DNA of 64,000 bases from Octopus sinensis (Eukaryota): assembly GCF_006345805.1 (NCBI RefSeq), contig NC_043003.1, forward strand, positions 97,092,001 to 97,156,000, written 5' to 3'. How positions within the stretch are numbered: position 1 is the stretch's first letter; each line of letters starts with the position of its first letter. The notes under the pieces were generated by a model. It did no database searches, was not told the origin of the DNA, and was given only the letters and a program-made list of their open reading frames with translations. Of the stretch, positions 25,930 to 38,304 are shown piece after piece. The position numbers and the translations under genes were made by a program.

Positions 25930-26520
25930 CTTCACAGAGCTTTCGATCTTACTTTCTCTGGTCCCTGGATGTTTACTTATCGTAGAAGGCATTCAGAACC
26001 CAAGTACAAATCTCAAAATCCTAGCTGTCCCCAATAGAGCAGTTTAGGGAGCCTATTCTGCCTTCATGTCAATTCCAATTTCTCTGGCATATTTCTAGAA
26101 CCTAGTTATTAGTGTTCCGAGTTCCTTTACAGCTACTGGGCCAACAGTTACTCTCCTCATTGTCCACATGCTTGCAACTTCGTCTTTTAGCAGTCTGTAT
26201 TCCTTCATCTTTTCCAGCACTTGGTCATCGACACGTGTATCCCAAGGTATGACAATATCTATGATCTTGGTTTCCTTATTTTCTTTATCCACCTCAGCAA
26301 CCGGCAATGTCTGGTCTCTGAGGGAGTCACATTGGATTGTAAAATCCCACAGGATCTTATATTCATTGTTCTCAGTGACGCCCTCTGATTTATGTTTGTA
26401 CCATTTCCGTGCTGTGTTCAGACAGTACCTTTCTCACGATCTCCAGTGAATAAACTTAGCCATGTTAACGTGCTTCTTTTTGTAGAACTTTTGGGTCAGC
26501 TTGTTATACTCACAATATGT
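25930..26520 (-). mobile_element. REL-endonuclease LINE (R4/Dong-like) 3' remnant
   Basis: ILWDF-like and RPDI motifs; VDKENKETKIIDIVIPWDTRV...; LLGTARILRFVL end. Confidence 0.85.
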
Positions 26521-26774
26521 AAGATTGTTTTGTTTTTGCTACACTCACTACCTTAGCTCTAACACTGTTTTAGACGCACATTACGATTGTACGAGGTCTG
26601 CTGATATAAGAGAGAGATGTAAAAGTTTCACCAAATTGTTCAAGCACTTCCAAACATTTGATATGTATTGGATGTTCTAATCACACAATTTTAGACATGG
26701 CCCAATCACATCGAGTCATACAGGTCGTTCCTAAATAAAGTAATTGTTAGCATAGCGTAAGATTTCACACTTTT

Positions 26775-28330
26775 AAACAGTCGTCTGCTCAGTTCTTCTG
26801 TATCTTCTGGCTTTCGAGCCGCAAGTGCGGGAACTAGAGTTGTTAATGGTTATCTCGCCTGAACGGAGAAGCGGGACACCCGTGTCAATATATGTAAACG
26901 ACCCTACCGCAGTGATATCGGAACGCCATGGAAATGGAGGTAATCTGCATCTTCTAAAGGGAAGTAACCTTGATAGGAGTAAATATTAACTTAGATATAT
27001 AGCCATCGGACAGTGCCGTGGGTCACTGGGTGAACGCTCTTCTTAAGTTGCTTGTGATTTGCTTCGATTCCGACCTCCAGGTGTATGGGAACTGGTGTAA
27101 GGTTAAGAGTAGAGTGCACAGTCTCACTAGGAAATGAGCTGGGAGGAAACTATTTCTGAAAGGTCGAGAAGTAGTAGATACTACCTTCTTTTATATTCCT
27201 GTCTAACACTCCTGCTTGCTCTACCGTTTATCAGATCGGATAGGAGTGTCTGTTATTTCGCCTTCTGTGGAAGAGACGCGTTTCACTGATCATTTACTCT
27301 ATCTACTGCCTACATACTCTGCACATAAAACTCAGTATGCTGTGGCTACTGATGCACAGACATATGTTTAACCTAGAGCATTTAAAGAAATTCTTAGACG
27401 TTGATCAGATGTGGTCACCTTTTGTCAAATGCGTGTTTTCACAGCCCATCTCCCTGACTGAGCTACAGACTTTAGTCACGCAATTACCAAGGCTGTGGTC
27501 TTCAATACTGAAATATCAGGCATTCACAGCCATCTACCACTAGGGAAATGTAATCGATGAAATCTCCCCGCTGGTGTTCTATAGGGGGAAGACCGACGGC
27601 GTTCGCAGAGAATCTTTGAGTGTCGACGAAAATTAACTGTTCCGTAGAACTTTGGGCGCAGGAACTACAGATTAGAAACAGAAATTTCTGGCCTAGCAGT
27701 GCTACCAGCTGAGAACATTGCCGATTTGCTACAAGCTCTACAAGGACGGAAGTGACATAAGTTGATCATGTCCGAGATTTGCGCGAAACGACCAAACCTT
27801 TTTGCATGCACACTTCCTGTGTCCGAGCTATACAGATTTGTAGAGTTTTATCGAATGGACGTTGTCGCATGTTTAGCAGATCCAGTTTCCTGCCGAATCC
27901 ATCGTAAATATCGTCCCATTGCATTCTTTTGTCGGGGAAAGGCGGGCAGTTTTCCCCCTATCGAAAAGCGACTCTGTAGTGGACGATATTGAAATGACCA
28001 AAGACGGAATCAGAATTTTTCTCACAAGCCCTAATCAACTATTCCCAGTTTCACTTAAAAAGGAACATGAAGGAGCAGAGGGAGGTGCTACACCACTCAG
28101 TAAATTCATCGCTATGTCAGCGAGAGTAGTGAATATGTAAATGAGCTTACTCTGAGCATGCGCCTAGAGATGAAACCTATAAATCAGAGAGGGCATTTAC
28201 CCTTCGTGGTCGAGGTAAGTGATGTTTTGCGGGGTTTCCTTAATTGGTTTAACCAGCTAACCTTCTTGTAGAGAAATCTTGTTTGTCGGGAGTTTGTTGT
28301 TGTTTTTATTCCCCTTTAAACATCATGTGA
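26775..28330 (+). mobile_element. Tx1/L1-like LINE ORF2 remnant (RT 3' half to zinc knuckle)
   Basis: LLYLLAFEPQVREL..VSIYVND (YADD-like); NWCKVKSRV..GRKLFLKGREVV; LWLLMHRHMFNLEHL; CPRFARNDQTFLHAHFLCP. Confidence 0.75.
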
Positions 28331-28385
28331 AAACCCCGCCTTAATTTTATTTATTTTCTTTGAAACCTTGTTGCTTATAAAGAGA

Positions 28386-28590
28386 CCATCGTCGTCATCG
28401 TCGTCGTCGTCATCATCATCATCATCATCATCATCATTGTCGTCGTCACGTCATAGTCATCCTCGTCCTCATTGTTATCGTAGTCGTCGTCATTATCATC
28501 ATTATCATTATCATCATCACCCCAACCATCATCTTCACCATCATCATCATCATCATCATCAACATCAATAGCAGCAACAATAGCAGCAAC

Positions 28591-28652
<62 letters not shown>

Positions 28653-28694
28653 CAGCAGCAGCAGTAGCAGCAGCACAAGCAACAACAGTTGCAA
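28386..28694. repeat. Compound (ATC)n/(GTC)n/(AGT)n/(AGC)n repeat
   Basis: Directly visible. Confidence 0.95.
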
Positions 28695-29272
28695 ATATGG
28701 AGTGATGATCTCTTTAACACAAAAGACACTTCAGACGAAACTACACGCTCAGAACATTGTACAAAGCAGGAAACGTCCGACTTGAATATTTAAGTGTGAC
28801 ACCTAAACCTATTAAAACTAAATGTCAGAACGTTTACCGATTATTAGCAGAAGAGAAATATTTAACATTATTTTGGAAGATGATACTTCTGTGAGGATTG
28901 TATTCTCTAAATTTGCTGCATAAATGTGTTTCGTACATCGGCGCTTGAATAATCTTTAACGCTCTATCTTTCTCTATCTTTCTCTCATTTTCCTTTATTT
29001 TACCGTCTTTTTCCGATCACACAGACGAAGGCATAGATACACAAAGATGCACACGTGTGTATACACATGCATAAATCCAAAAATATAATTTACATATACT
29101 AGCCAATCTACCCATCTATGATAGAGGCATAAAATGATGGAGGGAAGTCATAACAGTAGTATGTATTGAGAAATGTGTAAATGGACTTGATAGATTTCTC
29201 GGTGATGTCTTTAGAGAAATCACATTATTGTTAGTGATACAGCATTCTGTTGCAGCTATATGACATACGTTG

Positions 29273-29504
29273 AAGGCGGCGAGCTGGCAGAAACGTTAGC
29301 ACGCCGGGCGAAATGCTTAGCGGTATTTCGTCTGCGTTACGTTGTGAGTTCAAATTCCGCCGAGGTCGACTTTGCCTTTCATCCTTTCGGGGTCGATAAA
29401 TTAAGTACCAGTTACGCACTGAGGTCGATGTAATCGACTTAATACCTATGTCTGTCCTTGTTTTTCCCCTCTGTGTTTAGCCCCTTGTGGGTAATAACGA
29501 AATA
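29273..29504 (+). mobile_element. SINE family A flanked by an about 115-bp direct duplication
   Basis: Family match; 29158-29272 repeated at 29505-29617. Confidence 0.92.
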
Positions 29505-30094
29505 AGTATGTATTGAGAAATGTGTAAATGGACTTGATAGATTTCTCGGTGATGACTCAGAAAAATCACGTTATTCTTGGTGATACAGCATTCTGTTGCA
29601 ACTATATGACATATGTTTGCGACTATGTGACATGTGATGACGATTTACTCCCAGCCTCTGTATCATGAATGGTTATGTGGACCATTCCCTAATGAAGACC
29701 AGAGCTTACTTCGACCACTACCTATAAGTATTCAGAAAAAAATGTTATTTAGTTATCCTTTTATTTTAGTTGTTTACGCTATTTTACGCTTGTTTATACT
29801 CTTATACATTCAAAGTTCACAAATTTCTTTATTTAACTTATGAATTATATTCCTTTCGATAATATCAATATGATTACAAAACTTCTTTGTAGACGATATT
29901 TTCTGTTTGGTCGACACTAATTTTCAAATTAGTGGAGTCTTTTGCTCTAATCATAGTCTAAACATTAGAACGAGTAAAAACACACCTACACGATCTAAAG
30001 TCTGGCCTTCTGCCTTGTTTGCTGCGAATGCGCGAGCGGAATCTTTAGGGTTGCAAAAAAATCAAACTAAGGCTTACCTCAGTTCTATACTTAA

Positions 30095-30195
30095 GAGATG
30101 AAGAATTATGTACATTAATTACATTGTTTACAATTGACGGATATTTGTCCTCATCTTGTTTATTGTTACCTCTCACTGTTCGATGCGAATAATGT
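30095..30195 (-). mobile_element. Decayed 3' part of the tRNA-head/HHR family (cf. 38402 and 50611)
   Basis: GAGATGAAGAATTATGTACATT...GACGGATATTTGTCCTCATCTTGTTT shared with those copies. Confidence 0.6.
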
Positions 30196-30394
30196 CTGGA
30201 TGTTCTGGTACCATGGATTATTTTGATTGACAAAACTGAGATGTAAACAACAGCCACCTCGATTAGCCTTTGCGAATCATGCTCGAGACTGACACACTTC
30301 AATAACCACCAAATAATCACATACACTTTATACTGATACGCATTTTCCCGTTTTATTTTCGTTATTAGCCGTCCTAACGATCCCCTTCGTATCT

Positions 30395-31439
30395 ACGATG
30401 GGGCCACAAATTATACGATGAAAATCCAGAGTTACTCAAAATGATTGGTGTATTAAAAACTACTGTCTCGAAAGTAATGACAGCCTTTGAGAAAGAGGGG
30501 AAAACCTCGTCGAAGCAAAACTCTGGAAGAAAGCCAAAACTTTCAGATAGGGACCGTCGGACTCTTACGCGAATTGTTAGAAAGGATCACTAAAGTACAG
30601 CTCCTAAAATTACTGCAGAGCTTAATGATCACCTCGAGAACCCAGTTTCCACAAGAACTGTTCACTGGGAGTTGCACAAAGCCGGATTTCACGGGAGGAC
30701 CGCAATCAGAAAATCACTATTTTCAATAACAAACGTTACAAAGCGTTTAGAGTGGAGTAAAAACCTACAGAATTGGTCCCTAGAGCAGTGGAAGAACGTT
30801 CTTTCCTCGGACAAGTCATCTTTTACCTTATTTCCGACCACCGGCCGAGTATATGTATGGAGATAGCCAAAAGAAGCATTTGACTTAGGCTGCCTTCTTC
30901 CAACTGTTAAACATGGAGGAGGATCTGTGATGATTTGGGGGGGGGTGCTATATCTTGGAAATCTGCCGGCCCAATGGTTTCCCTGAATGACAGAATTAAA
31001 AGTCAAGACTATTTAAGCATTTTATCTGATCAAATTCATCCTATGTTTGCGGTTCTGTTTCCGGTGGGAAACACAATCTTTCAGGATGATAATGCACCAA
31101 TTCCCACAGCTAAAGTTGTTTCTGAATGGCACGAGGAACATTCTAGTGAAATTGAACATCTCATCTGGCCACCACAATCCCCAGATCTCAATATTGTTGA
31201 ACATTTATGGTGCATTTGAAAAGAACAAGTCGATATCCTCCATCATCATCACTACAAGAACTAGAGACTGTTTTAGCTGAAGAATGGACAAAAATTCCTT
31301 TGGAAACAAACTCAAACTTTGCACGAGTCCATTCCTCGTAGAATTCAAGCTGTAATTACTGCCAAAGGTGGTCCTACTCCATATTAAAATAAATTTGTTT
31401 GAAATTTTAAGTTGTCTCTGTTATTTTATCCAACCCCTG
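30395..31439 (+). pseudogene. Tc1-like DD34E transposase pseudogene with right TIR
   Basis: SGRKPKLSDRDRR, WKNVLSSDKS, KHGGGSVMIWG, FQDDNAP, WPPQSPDLNIVEHLW; ends CAACCCCTG|TA. Confidence 0.92.
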
Positions 31440-31459
31440 TATGTATGTATGTATGTATG

Positions 31460-31491
<32 letters not shown>

Positions 31492-31617
31492 GATGGATGG
31501 ATGGATGCATGCATGCATGCATGCATGTATGTATGTATGTAAATGTTTGCATGTGTGTATATATATAAATGCGTGTGTATCTATTTATATACATGAGTGT
31601 GTGTATATGTATGAGTG

Positions 31618-31648
<31 letters not shown>

Positions 31649-31730
31649 TGTGTGTGCGTGTGTGTGTGTGTGTATGTGAGGTCACTCTCGAGTGTTATTG
31701 GTAACATGCAACCCAGTACAACCTGTTATA

Positions 31731-31870
31731 TGGTCGGGTCGTCGGCGACTAAGCCGGCAACCTTACCAAGTTTACTTGATAAAGAGAGCGATTATTGGAC
31801 ATTCTAAAAAACAAAACCCGTCAAAAGGCAGAGGAACTTAAGAAAATGAATGGCCATGGAAATGAGGTCT
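31731..31870 (+). mobile_element. Diverged 5' fragment of the RTE-derived 500-bp element
   Basis: TGGTCGGGTCGTCGGCGACTAAGCCGGCAACC. Confidence 0.7.
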
Positions 31871-32110
31871 GCTGTTCGTCAGTCTCATAGCATACTTACA
31901 CCAACTGCTGCTATCAGCCATACTAGAAAGTGTTGAACATAAGCCACTACATAAGCCACTATCACTGTAAACAAGTCACTTGTGTAGGTCGACCAAGGCA
32001 TTTGCATACTTACTCTACTTTTTATCAAGATCATCTTGGAAAAGGAAAAGAACGGGAGGAAAAAGTGAATTTGAATACGATGAGATTCCATCATACACAC
32101 ACATACTTAC

Positions 32111-32211
<101 letters not shown>

Positions 32212-32218
32212 GTATGTG

Positions 32219-32264
<46 letters not shown>

Positions 32265-32637
32265 GTTAAACTGTTGTTTGTCCATATTTGGCCAAATGCA
32301 TTTTTTCAATACATATTTAATTTTGCTTGCAATAGTCGGTTCTTTTGCTCAAACTATCATATCTTCAGCTGCTTCAGATGCCAAGATATGAGAATTGTAC
32401 AATGGTTTAGCATTTTTCAAAAGTGTAGTAAGTCCCGCATTCGATAGTTTTGCAAAAATATTTCTGGGTGAAAATATCATACATGGATGGAGTTTCGATT
32501 TCATCCACCCTTTACAGTTTTATTGTTAAGCTGAAACTGTTGCTAGTGTAAAAAGAAATGGAATGGCGAAGCTTATTTTTTTCGTTATCTCAAAAAGCAA
32601 CGTTTTGCACTCGTGACACTTTTGCATAATAGCAACG

Positions 32638-32687
<50 letters not shown>

Positions 32688-32846
32688 TGAAAGGGCTACT
32701 CCTAGCATATGGCTGACCACATAGTGGTTTTTTAGCCCTATAAATATGCACATGAATTTTCTCTGATTTTTCAGATTTTTGTATGCTAGGCTACTGGTTT
32801 TAAATTGATATTAATGAAATTAATATTTAATTTATCTCCCTCTTTA

Positions 32847-32927
<81 letters not shown>

Positions 32928-32950
32928 ATATGTATATATATATATGCTAT

Positions 32951-33206
32951 TTTACTCTTTTACTTGTTCCAGTCATGTGACTGTGGCCATGCTGGGGCAC
33001 CGCCTTTAGTCGAGCAAATCGACCCAGGACTTATTCTTTGTAAGCCTAGTACTTATTCTATCTGTATCTTTTATCGAAGCGCTAAGTTACGGAGACGTAC
33101 ACACCACCATCGGTTGTCAAACGATGTTGGGGGACAAACACAGACACACAATCATATACACATACATACATACATACATACATACATACATACATACATA
33201 CATACA

Positions 33207-33274
<68 letters not shown>

Positions 33275-33432
33275 TACGACGGGCTTCTTTCAGTTTCCGT
33301 CTCCCAAATCCACTCACAAGGCTTTGGTCGGCCCGAGGCTATAGTAGAAGACATTTGCCCAAGGTGCCACGTAGTGGGACTTAAACCGGAACCATGTGGT
33401 TGGTAAGTAAGCTACTTACCATACAGCCACTC
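32951..33432 (-). mobile_element. SINE family B
   Basis: Family match. Confidence 0.92.
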
Positions 33433-33439
33433 ATATATC

Positions 33440-33765
33440 TTTTATATTCAATGATTTCAATTCTTCCGCTTAAGAAAGAGCTGGTTTCTAACAAAGATAC
33501 AAAACTTCATCGTTGGAATGAAGATAACGAAAGCAACGTCACATTTTAAACCTGAGAAAAGTCCCGCATAGTTTTACTTGTTCCGCTTACAAATTCTATT
33601 TGTAAGGTGCGAATCAGTTAGATGGTTTCTTTTATTGAAAATCCAATCTTATCCAGACTGACAGACATTTACTAACAAACCCAAGTGCTCCAATTATGAT
33701 TTGTATAAATGTAAATGTGTAACCTGGATATAGAAGTTAGAGGTTTCGAAGCAATTGTCCACAAT
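33440..33765 (-). mobile_element. REL-endonuclease LINE 3' end (family of 46540 and 61910)
   Basis: QLLRNL*LLYPGYTFTFIQIIIGALGFVSK. Confidence 0.8.
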
Positions 33766-33869
33766 TATCTTCTTTTTCTTTGATTTTCGTATGAATGTAT
33801 ATATAATTGCTATGAACGATGTATATATTGTTTTTTACGCTGCGGGCGTCCAGTGTTCTCAGGCGAGTT

Positions 33870-33980
33870 ACAGACTTAGCGCTTCGGTAAAAGAGACAGA
33901 TAGAATAAGCACTAGGCTTACAAAGAATAAGTCCTGGGGTCAATTTGCTCGACTAAAGGCGTGCTACAGCATGGCCACAG
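33870..33980 (+). mobile_element. SINE family B tail fragment
   Basis: Family match. Confidence 0.85.
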
Positions 33981-34000
33981 TTAGGCTTCCTATTTGTAAT

Positions 34001-34047
34001 TTGCCTGAAGACAATGCGTTACCACGGGCGAAACTCAGAGTATCAAG
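34001..34047 (+). ncRNA. Degenerate HHR-like motif
   Basis: TTGC CTGAAGA ... GAAA CTCAGAG TA TCAA; same ACTC-A-GAGT stem III as the 63.6-kb family; stem II poorly paired. Confidence 0.45.
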
Positions 34048-34989
34048 ACATTGTTTCTCCCAAGAGAAAATATTATTAATCTCAAGTAATGAGTACTCTC
34101 TTCAATCAACACTACACGTATGTGTTAATGTGTGTACGTGTGTGCACGCGTGCTCTTCTGTGTATGTGTGTACGTGTGTGTGCGTGTGACTGTGTGTGCG
34201 TACATGTTTGGGTACCGTCGTATGTTGCATCGTCGAATCGCCATTGTGTTACAACTTATCCTAACGCGCTGCACAATTGTAGAAATACTTTATTCGTTTT
34301 CATTTTCCCACCATTTTGTAACTTATGTCTTCTTTATTTTATTAGTTTATATCTCATTTTCTTTTTTTTCCCCTGTTTAAACATTCCACGCATAGTACAC
34401 ACACTCAGTGTGTGTGTGTGTGTGAATGCATATATATGTGTATGTATGCATGTATGTACGTACGTATACACGCATACATAAATAAGTGTTTGCGTGTGTA
34501 TACATGCAATAATTACCCTAGTATTGGGAGATTATAGTAAAGTAAGACAGAATCAAATTCTAATGTGTGTGTGTGAGAGTATGTGTGTGTGTGCGTGCGT
34601 GTTGATTTTGTTTTTGTTTTGTTTTTGTTTCATTAAATACTACCAATTTTGAAAAAGTATGCTGGATGCCATAATTTTCATTCTTCAAGTTAACATAGTT
34701 GATAACTTGTTCATGTATTACATCCTGTCACGTATCAACAATTGACCGAACAATTTATCAAAAGAGTGCGTGAGCTAAATCAGATATTTATCCTGTCATA
34801 GACAAAGAAAGACATAAGCTATTTTGTTAGAATGATAACTTTGACATTGGATATGATTTAGGACTTTCAAATATCTATCTAGAATTATCAAAAACACGGT
34901 CGAGTAGTTCTTTAATCCTTGTACAGTCAACTACATACTGCGAACTATGGAAACAGTACAGCTTATCAGAAAACAAATAGTTAAGTTAA

Positions 34990-35215
34990 GTTAATTTTTT
35001 GGCTCAAAAAGCAAAAAGCAAGGCCATGTAGGGGGACATGGAGTTATGTACAGGGTGGTGTTCATGCAAAGAGTTCAGGCCATTCCTGGTCAAGAGAGAC
35101 TTTGAACCGAGCGGTCGTCGGCATCTTCACTATCTCGTCCGGCAGCTTATTCCACGGATCCGCAACCCGGACGGAGAAAGCCCCTCTCAGAGTTATTTAA
35201 GGTTTAGAAACAAAA
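34990..35215 (-). mobile_element. CR1/Jockey-group LINE 3' end
   Basis: Minus reads WNKLPDEIVKMPTTARFKVSLDQEWPELFA*. Confidence 0.7.
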
Positions 35216-35539
35216 ATTACAAGAGTCGATCAAAATGAGCGCAGCTCCAATACTGAACTGAAAGGGTGAGCTCTAAACTTTGAATAATTTCACCTTTCAA
35301 GTAGATGATGTTAATTAACATGATGATTTACATGATAGAACATAGTGACCCTTTTCCTTCAAGCAGCACCCATAGCACAACATTGCGTCAGTCAGCAATC
35401 AACGTCTATTAAGATGAGTAAATGTTCTACACCAGTGTTACTATATTCCCAATTTTCCCAAAGGATATTTCTCTGTAAACGCGCGCGTACACACACACAC
35501 ACACAAACACGTGCGCACGTGCATATACATATAAATAGA

Positions 35540-35714
35540 TATTAAAATTATAATTAAAGGTATCTAAGAGATACCACCATGCTAGAAATAGCAGCCAAAA
35601 ACTTAACTCTAAAACCACATTTAATGAACATTTAATGTGGTTTCAGAGTCACGTTTTGGTTGCTATTTCTAGCATGGTGATATCCCTTAGATACCCTTAA
35701 TTATAATTTTAATA
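35540..35714. repeat. About 175-bp imperfect palindrome
   Basis: Arms TATTAAAATTATAATTAAAGGTATCTAAG...CCATGCTAGAAATAGC and their reverse complement. Confidence 0.9.
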
Positions 35715-35812
35715 ATAATTATTACCTTTGAGATTTTATTCCTATGCTGGTCACCTGATAAGATCGGTATTTTGAATAACGATCTTATCCTTATTTATAT
35801 AAATTCATATAA

Positions 35813-35841
35813 ATAGATAGACAGATAGACAGACAGATAGG

Positions 35842-35929
<88 letters not shown>

Positions 35930-35930
35930 C
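35813..35930. repeat. (GATA)n
   Basis: Directly visible. Confidence 0.95.
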
Positions 35931-36412
35931 AAGACAATTACATTCAATGCGAAGATTATTATATCAATATTTTTTCTATAGTCAATTATAGAGCTTATTT
36001 GTTTAAAATATCTCCGACGCACGTTTCTATTGCAAAGACATTTCGCAAATTACATTTACACCCATTTACATTCATATGGTTATTTTTCTATGCAACTTTA
36101 TTCAAGGTCCTGCCATTAACTTGGTCTGAACCGAAAGAGTATTTCGAGTGCAAAGAGTGTGAGAGGGAGATCTGGAAATCTGATATGATTGTACAAACTG
36201 ATATATTGACTCTACGATGACTGTAGGTTTGCGACATGTCTACGCAGCAGAAACGGGCGTCGGACACATTTAAAGCAAATATGTTGTATGCATGCATACA
36301 CACATACATACATACATACAAACATATATACATACATACATACATACATACATACATACATGCATGCATGCATACATACATACATACATACATACATACA
36401 TACATACATACA

Positions 36413-36444
<32 letters not shown>

Positions 36445-36600
36445 GGGAGAATTCACAAAAAAAAAAGACGAAAACAGGTGGTGTAGACAACAAACAGATG
36501 TATTAGTTTAACGCTCGGGAAGGGAAAAACTCTTAAACGTTTCGAGCCTACGCTCTTCCACAGAAAGGAACACAGAAAGAAAATAAAGAGAGAAAAAATA
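36445..36600 (-). mobile_element. Short pLTR-like repeat with an atypical HHR-like fold at 36530-36568
   Basis: CTTT CTGTGGAA GAGC GTAG GCTC GAAA CG TT on minus. Confidence 0.6.
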
Positions 36601-36738
36601 TTTATTTACACACACACATATGTATGAATATTATATATATATATATATAGATAGATAGATAGATATATATACGTAAATATTGAACGACGAGATTGAGTGC
36701 TCAACAATTCATTGGTTGATAAAATTTATATATTTGTG

Positions 36739-36936
36739 TATTAAGGCTACCATAGGTTTCATGTTAAGAAAAACATCTTAATATCTTAACATTTTTTCAA
36801 ACCGATCAAATGGAGGAATGGTGTCCGACTCTATTTTGATATTTGGAATGGAGACAAACACCATTCTTCCATGTGACGGCTTGAAAAATTAAGATACTAA
36901 AATATTTTTCTTAACATGAAATGAATGGTAGCCTTA

Positions 36937-36939
<3 letters not shown>
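36739..36939. repeat. About 200-bp imperfect palindrome with paired atypical HHR-like motifs
   Basis: Arms align as inverted repeats; GG(C/T) TTGAAAA A ATGTTAAGA..TCTTAACAT GAAA CCTATGG TA GCC. Confidence 0.75.
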
Positions 36940-37030
<91 letters not shown>

Positions 37031-37033
37031 AAG

Positions 37034-37086
37034 GAGCTTCTACAGGACTAGAACTGTTTCATTCAAAAGAAATCATCAGGAAGCTC
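37034..37086 (-). ncRNA. Type I hammerhead ribozyme (intact core)
   Basis: GAGCTTC CTGATGA T TTC TTTT GAA T GAA ACAG TTCTAGTC CTGT A GAAGCTC; GUA triplet. Confidence 0.8.
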
Positions 37087-37092
37087 ATCAGT

Positions 37093-37141
37093 GCTTCCTG
37101 ATGATTTCTTTTGAATGAAACAGTTCTAGTCCTGTAGAAGC
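37093..37141 (+). ncRNA. Type I hammerhead ribozyme (mirror copy)
   Basis: Same sequence with 5-bp stem I GCTTC/GAAGC. Confidence 0.78.
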
Positions 37142-37224
37142 TCCTTCTATAAAATAAATTAATTTACTCTGCTATGTATTGAGTACCGTATTTACTGTGG
37201 TTAACCCCGACTCAACCCGGGACC

Positions 37225-37267
<43 letters not shown>

Positions 37268-37274
37268 TATATAT

Positions 37275-37345
37275 ACGTGATCTGATCAATAAGTATCCGT
37301 TGCCATAGTAACGGAGCTAAAACACGCAGAGTGAAGCCGCTTGGC
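37275..37345 (+). mobile_element. Mariner-like left-end fragment (family of 60306-61120)
   Basis: GTGATCTGATCAATAAGTATCCG TIR shared with 60306. Confidence 0.75.
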
Positions 37346-37489
37346 ACATATTGGGACTATTCAAATTACAGACAATTGTAACCACCTTTCTTGAACCATC
37401 ACTTTTTTATGTATCCCCAAAGCGTCAGACTCTTACACCCAAATTTCAGTGTTTTAGTCGTGTAACATGGGTCATATCGCTTTCTAAAC

Positions 37490-38304
37490 GAGAATTTCTC
37501 ATAAGGCCTCCAAGAAAGCGAAACGATGCACGTTACACGACGAAGTTTGGGAGTCAGTGTCTGATGCTTTGGGGATACATAAAAAGTGATAGCTCAAGAA
37601 AGTTGGTTAAAATTGACGGTAACTTGAATAGTGTCAAATACATCCAGTTGCTGAAGGACAATTTGATACCAGACTTGGATGAAGGTGAGGTTTTTCAGCA
37701 TGACGGAGCTCCTTGCCACAGATCGCGCACAACACAACAGAGTCTGGCTGATGAAGCTGTTCCCATATTGAAAGACTGGCCACCTCAGGGCTCTGACTTA
37801 AATATCATCAAGCAAATGTGGACAGAACTTAAGAGAGGAGTTTGTTAGAAGAATCTACGCAATCTCGAAGAGTTGTGGGATCTCAGCCACAGAGAAAGGC
37901 ATCTTATACATATGAAGATGGTGAAGGATTTGTACGCATCTCTTCCTAAACACATGGAAGCAATTATTCAAGCTAAGGGAAGCCACACAATATATTAGCA
38001 ATGTACAGTAACTTCTTAAAATGAACATTATGTAATAAATTCTCACTATAGACACCTTTCTGTTTTAAAGCACTGTATTTTGATTGGTTCATTTGAGGTG
38101 ACCCAAAACATTTGCACGGCCATTTTGGTGGTCGTTTCGCATCTTCCCTTCTCATCCAGAACCCCTACTACATAATATAATGATTAGTTATGGAAATAAC
38201 TCCAATAGGTCTAATTTTTCATCTGTAAAACTGCAATGTGTAAGTTGGCAATTAGTAGAAATTTACAAGAGTTTAAAGTGGCCGAAGACTTTCGCACGGT
38301 ACTG
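37490..38304 (+). pseudogene. Tc1-like transposase 3' remnant with right TIR
   Basis: LMLWGYI, FQHDGAPCH, DWPPQGSDLNIIKQMW; ends CTTTCGCACGGTACTG|TA. Confidence 0.9.

Larger units (their letters stand above)
37026..37151. repeat. Perfect 59-bp-arm hairpin, 8-nt loop
   Basis: 37026-37084 is the exact reverse complement of 37093-37151. Confidence 0.97.

Noticed and set aside
35999-36220. Short ORF with CKEC (zinc-finger-like)
   Set aside because: Isolated CxxC with no His or Cys partners, and a stop precedes the nearest donor.
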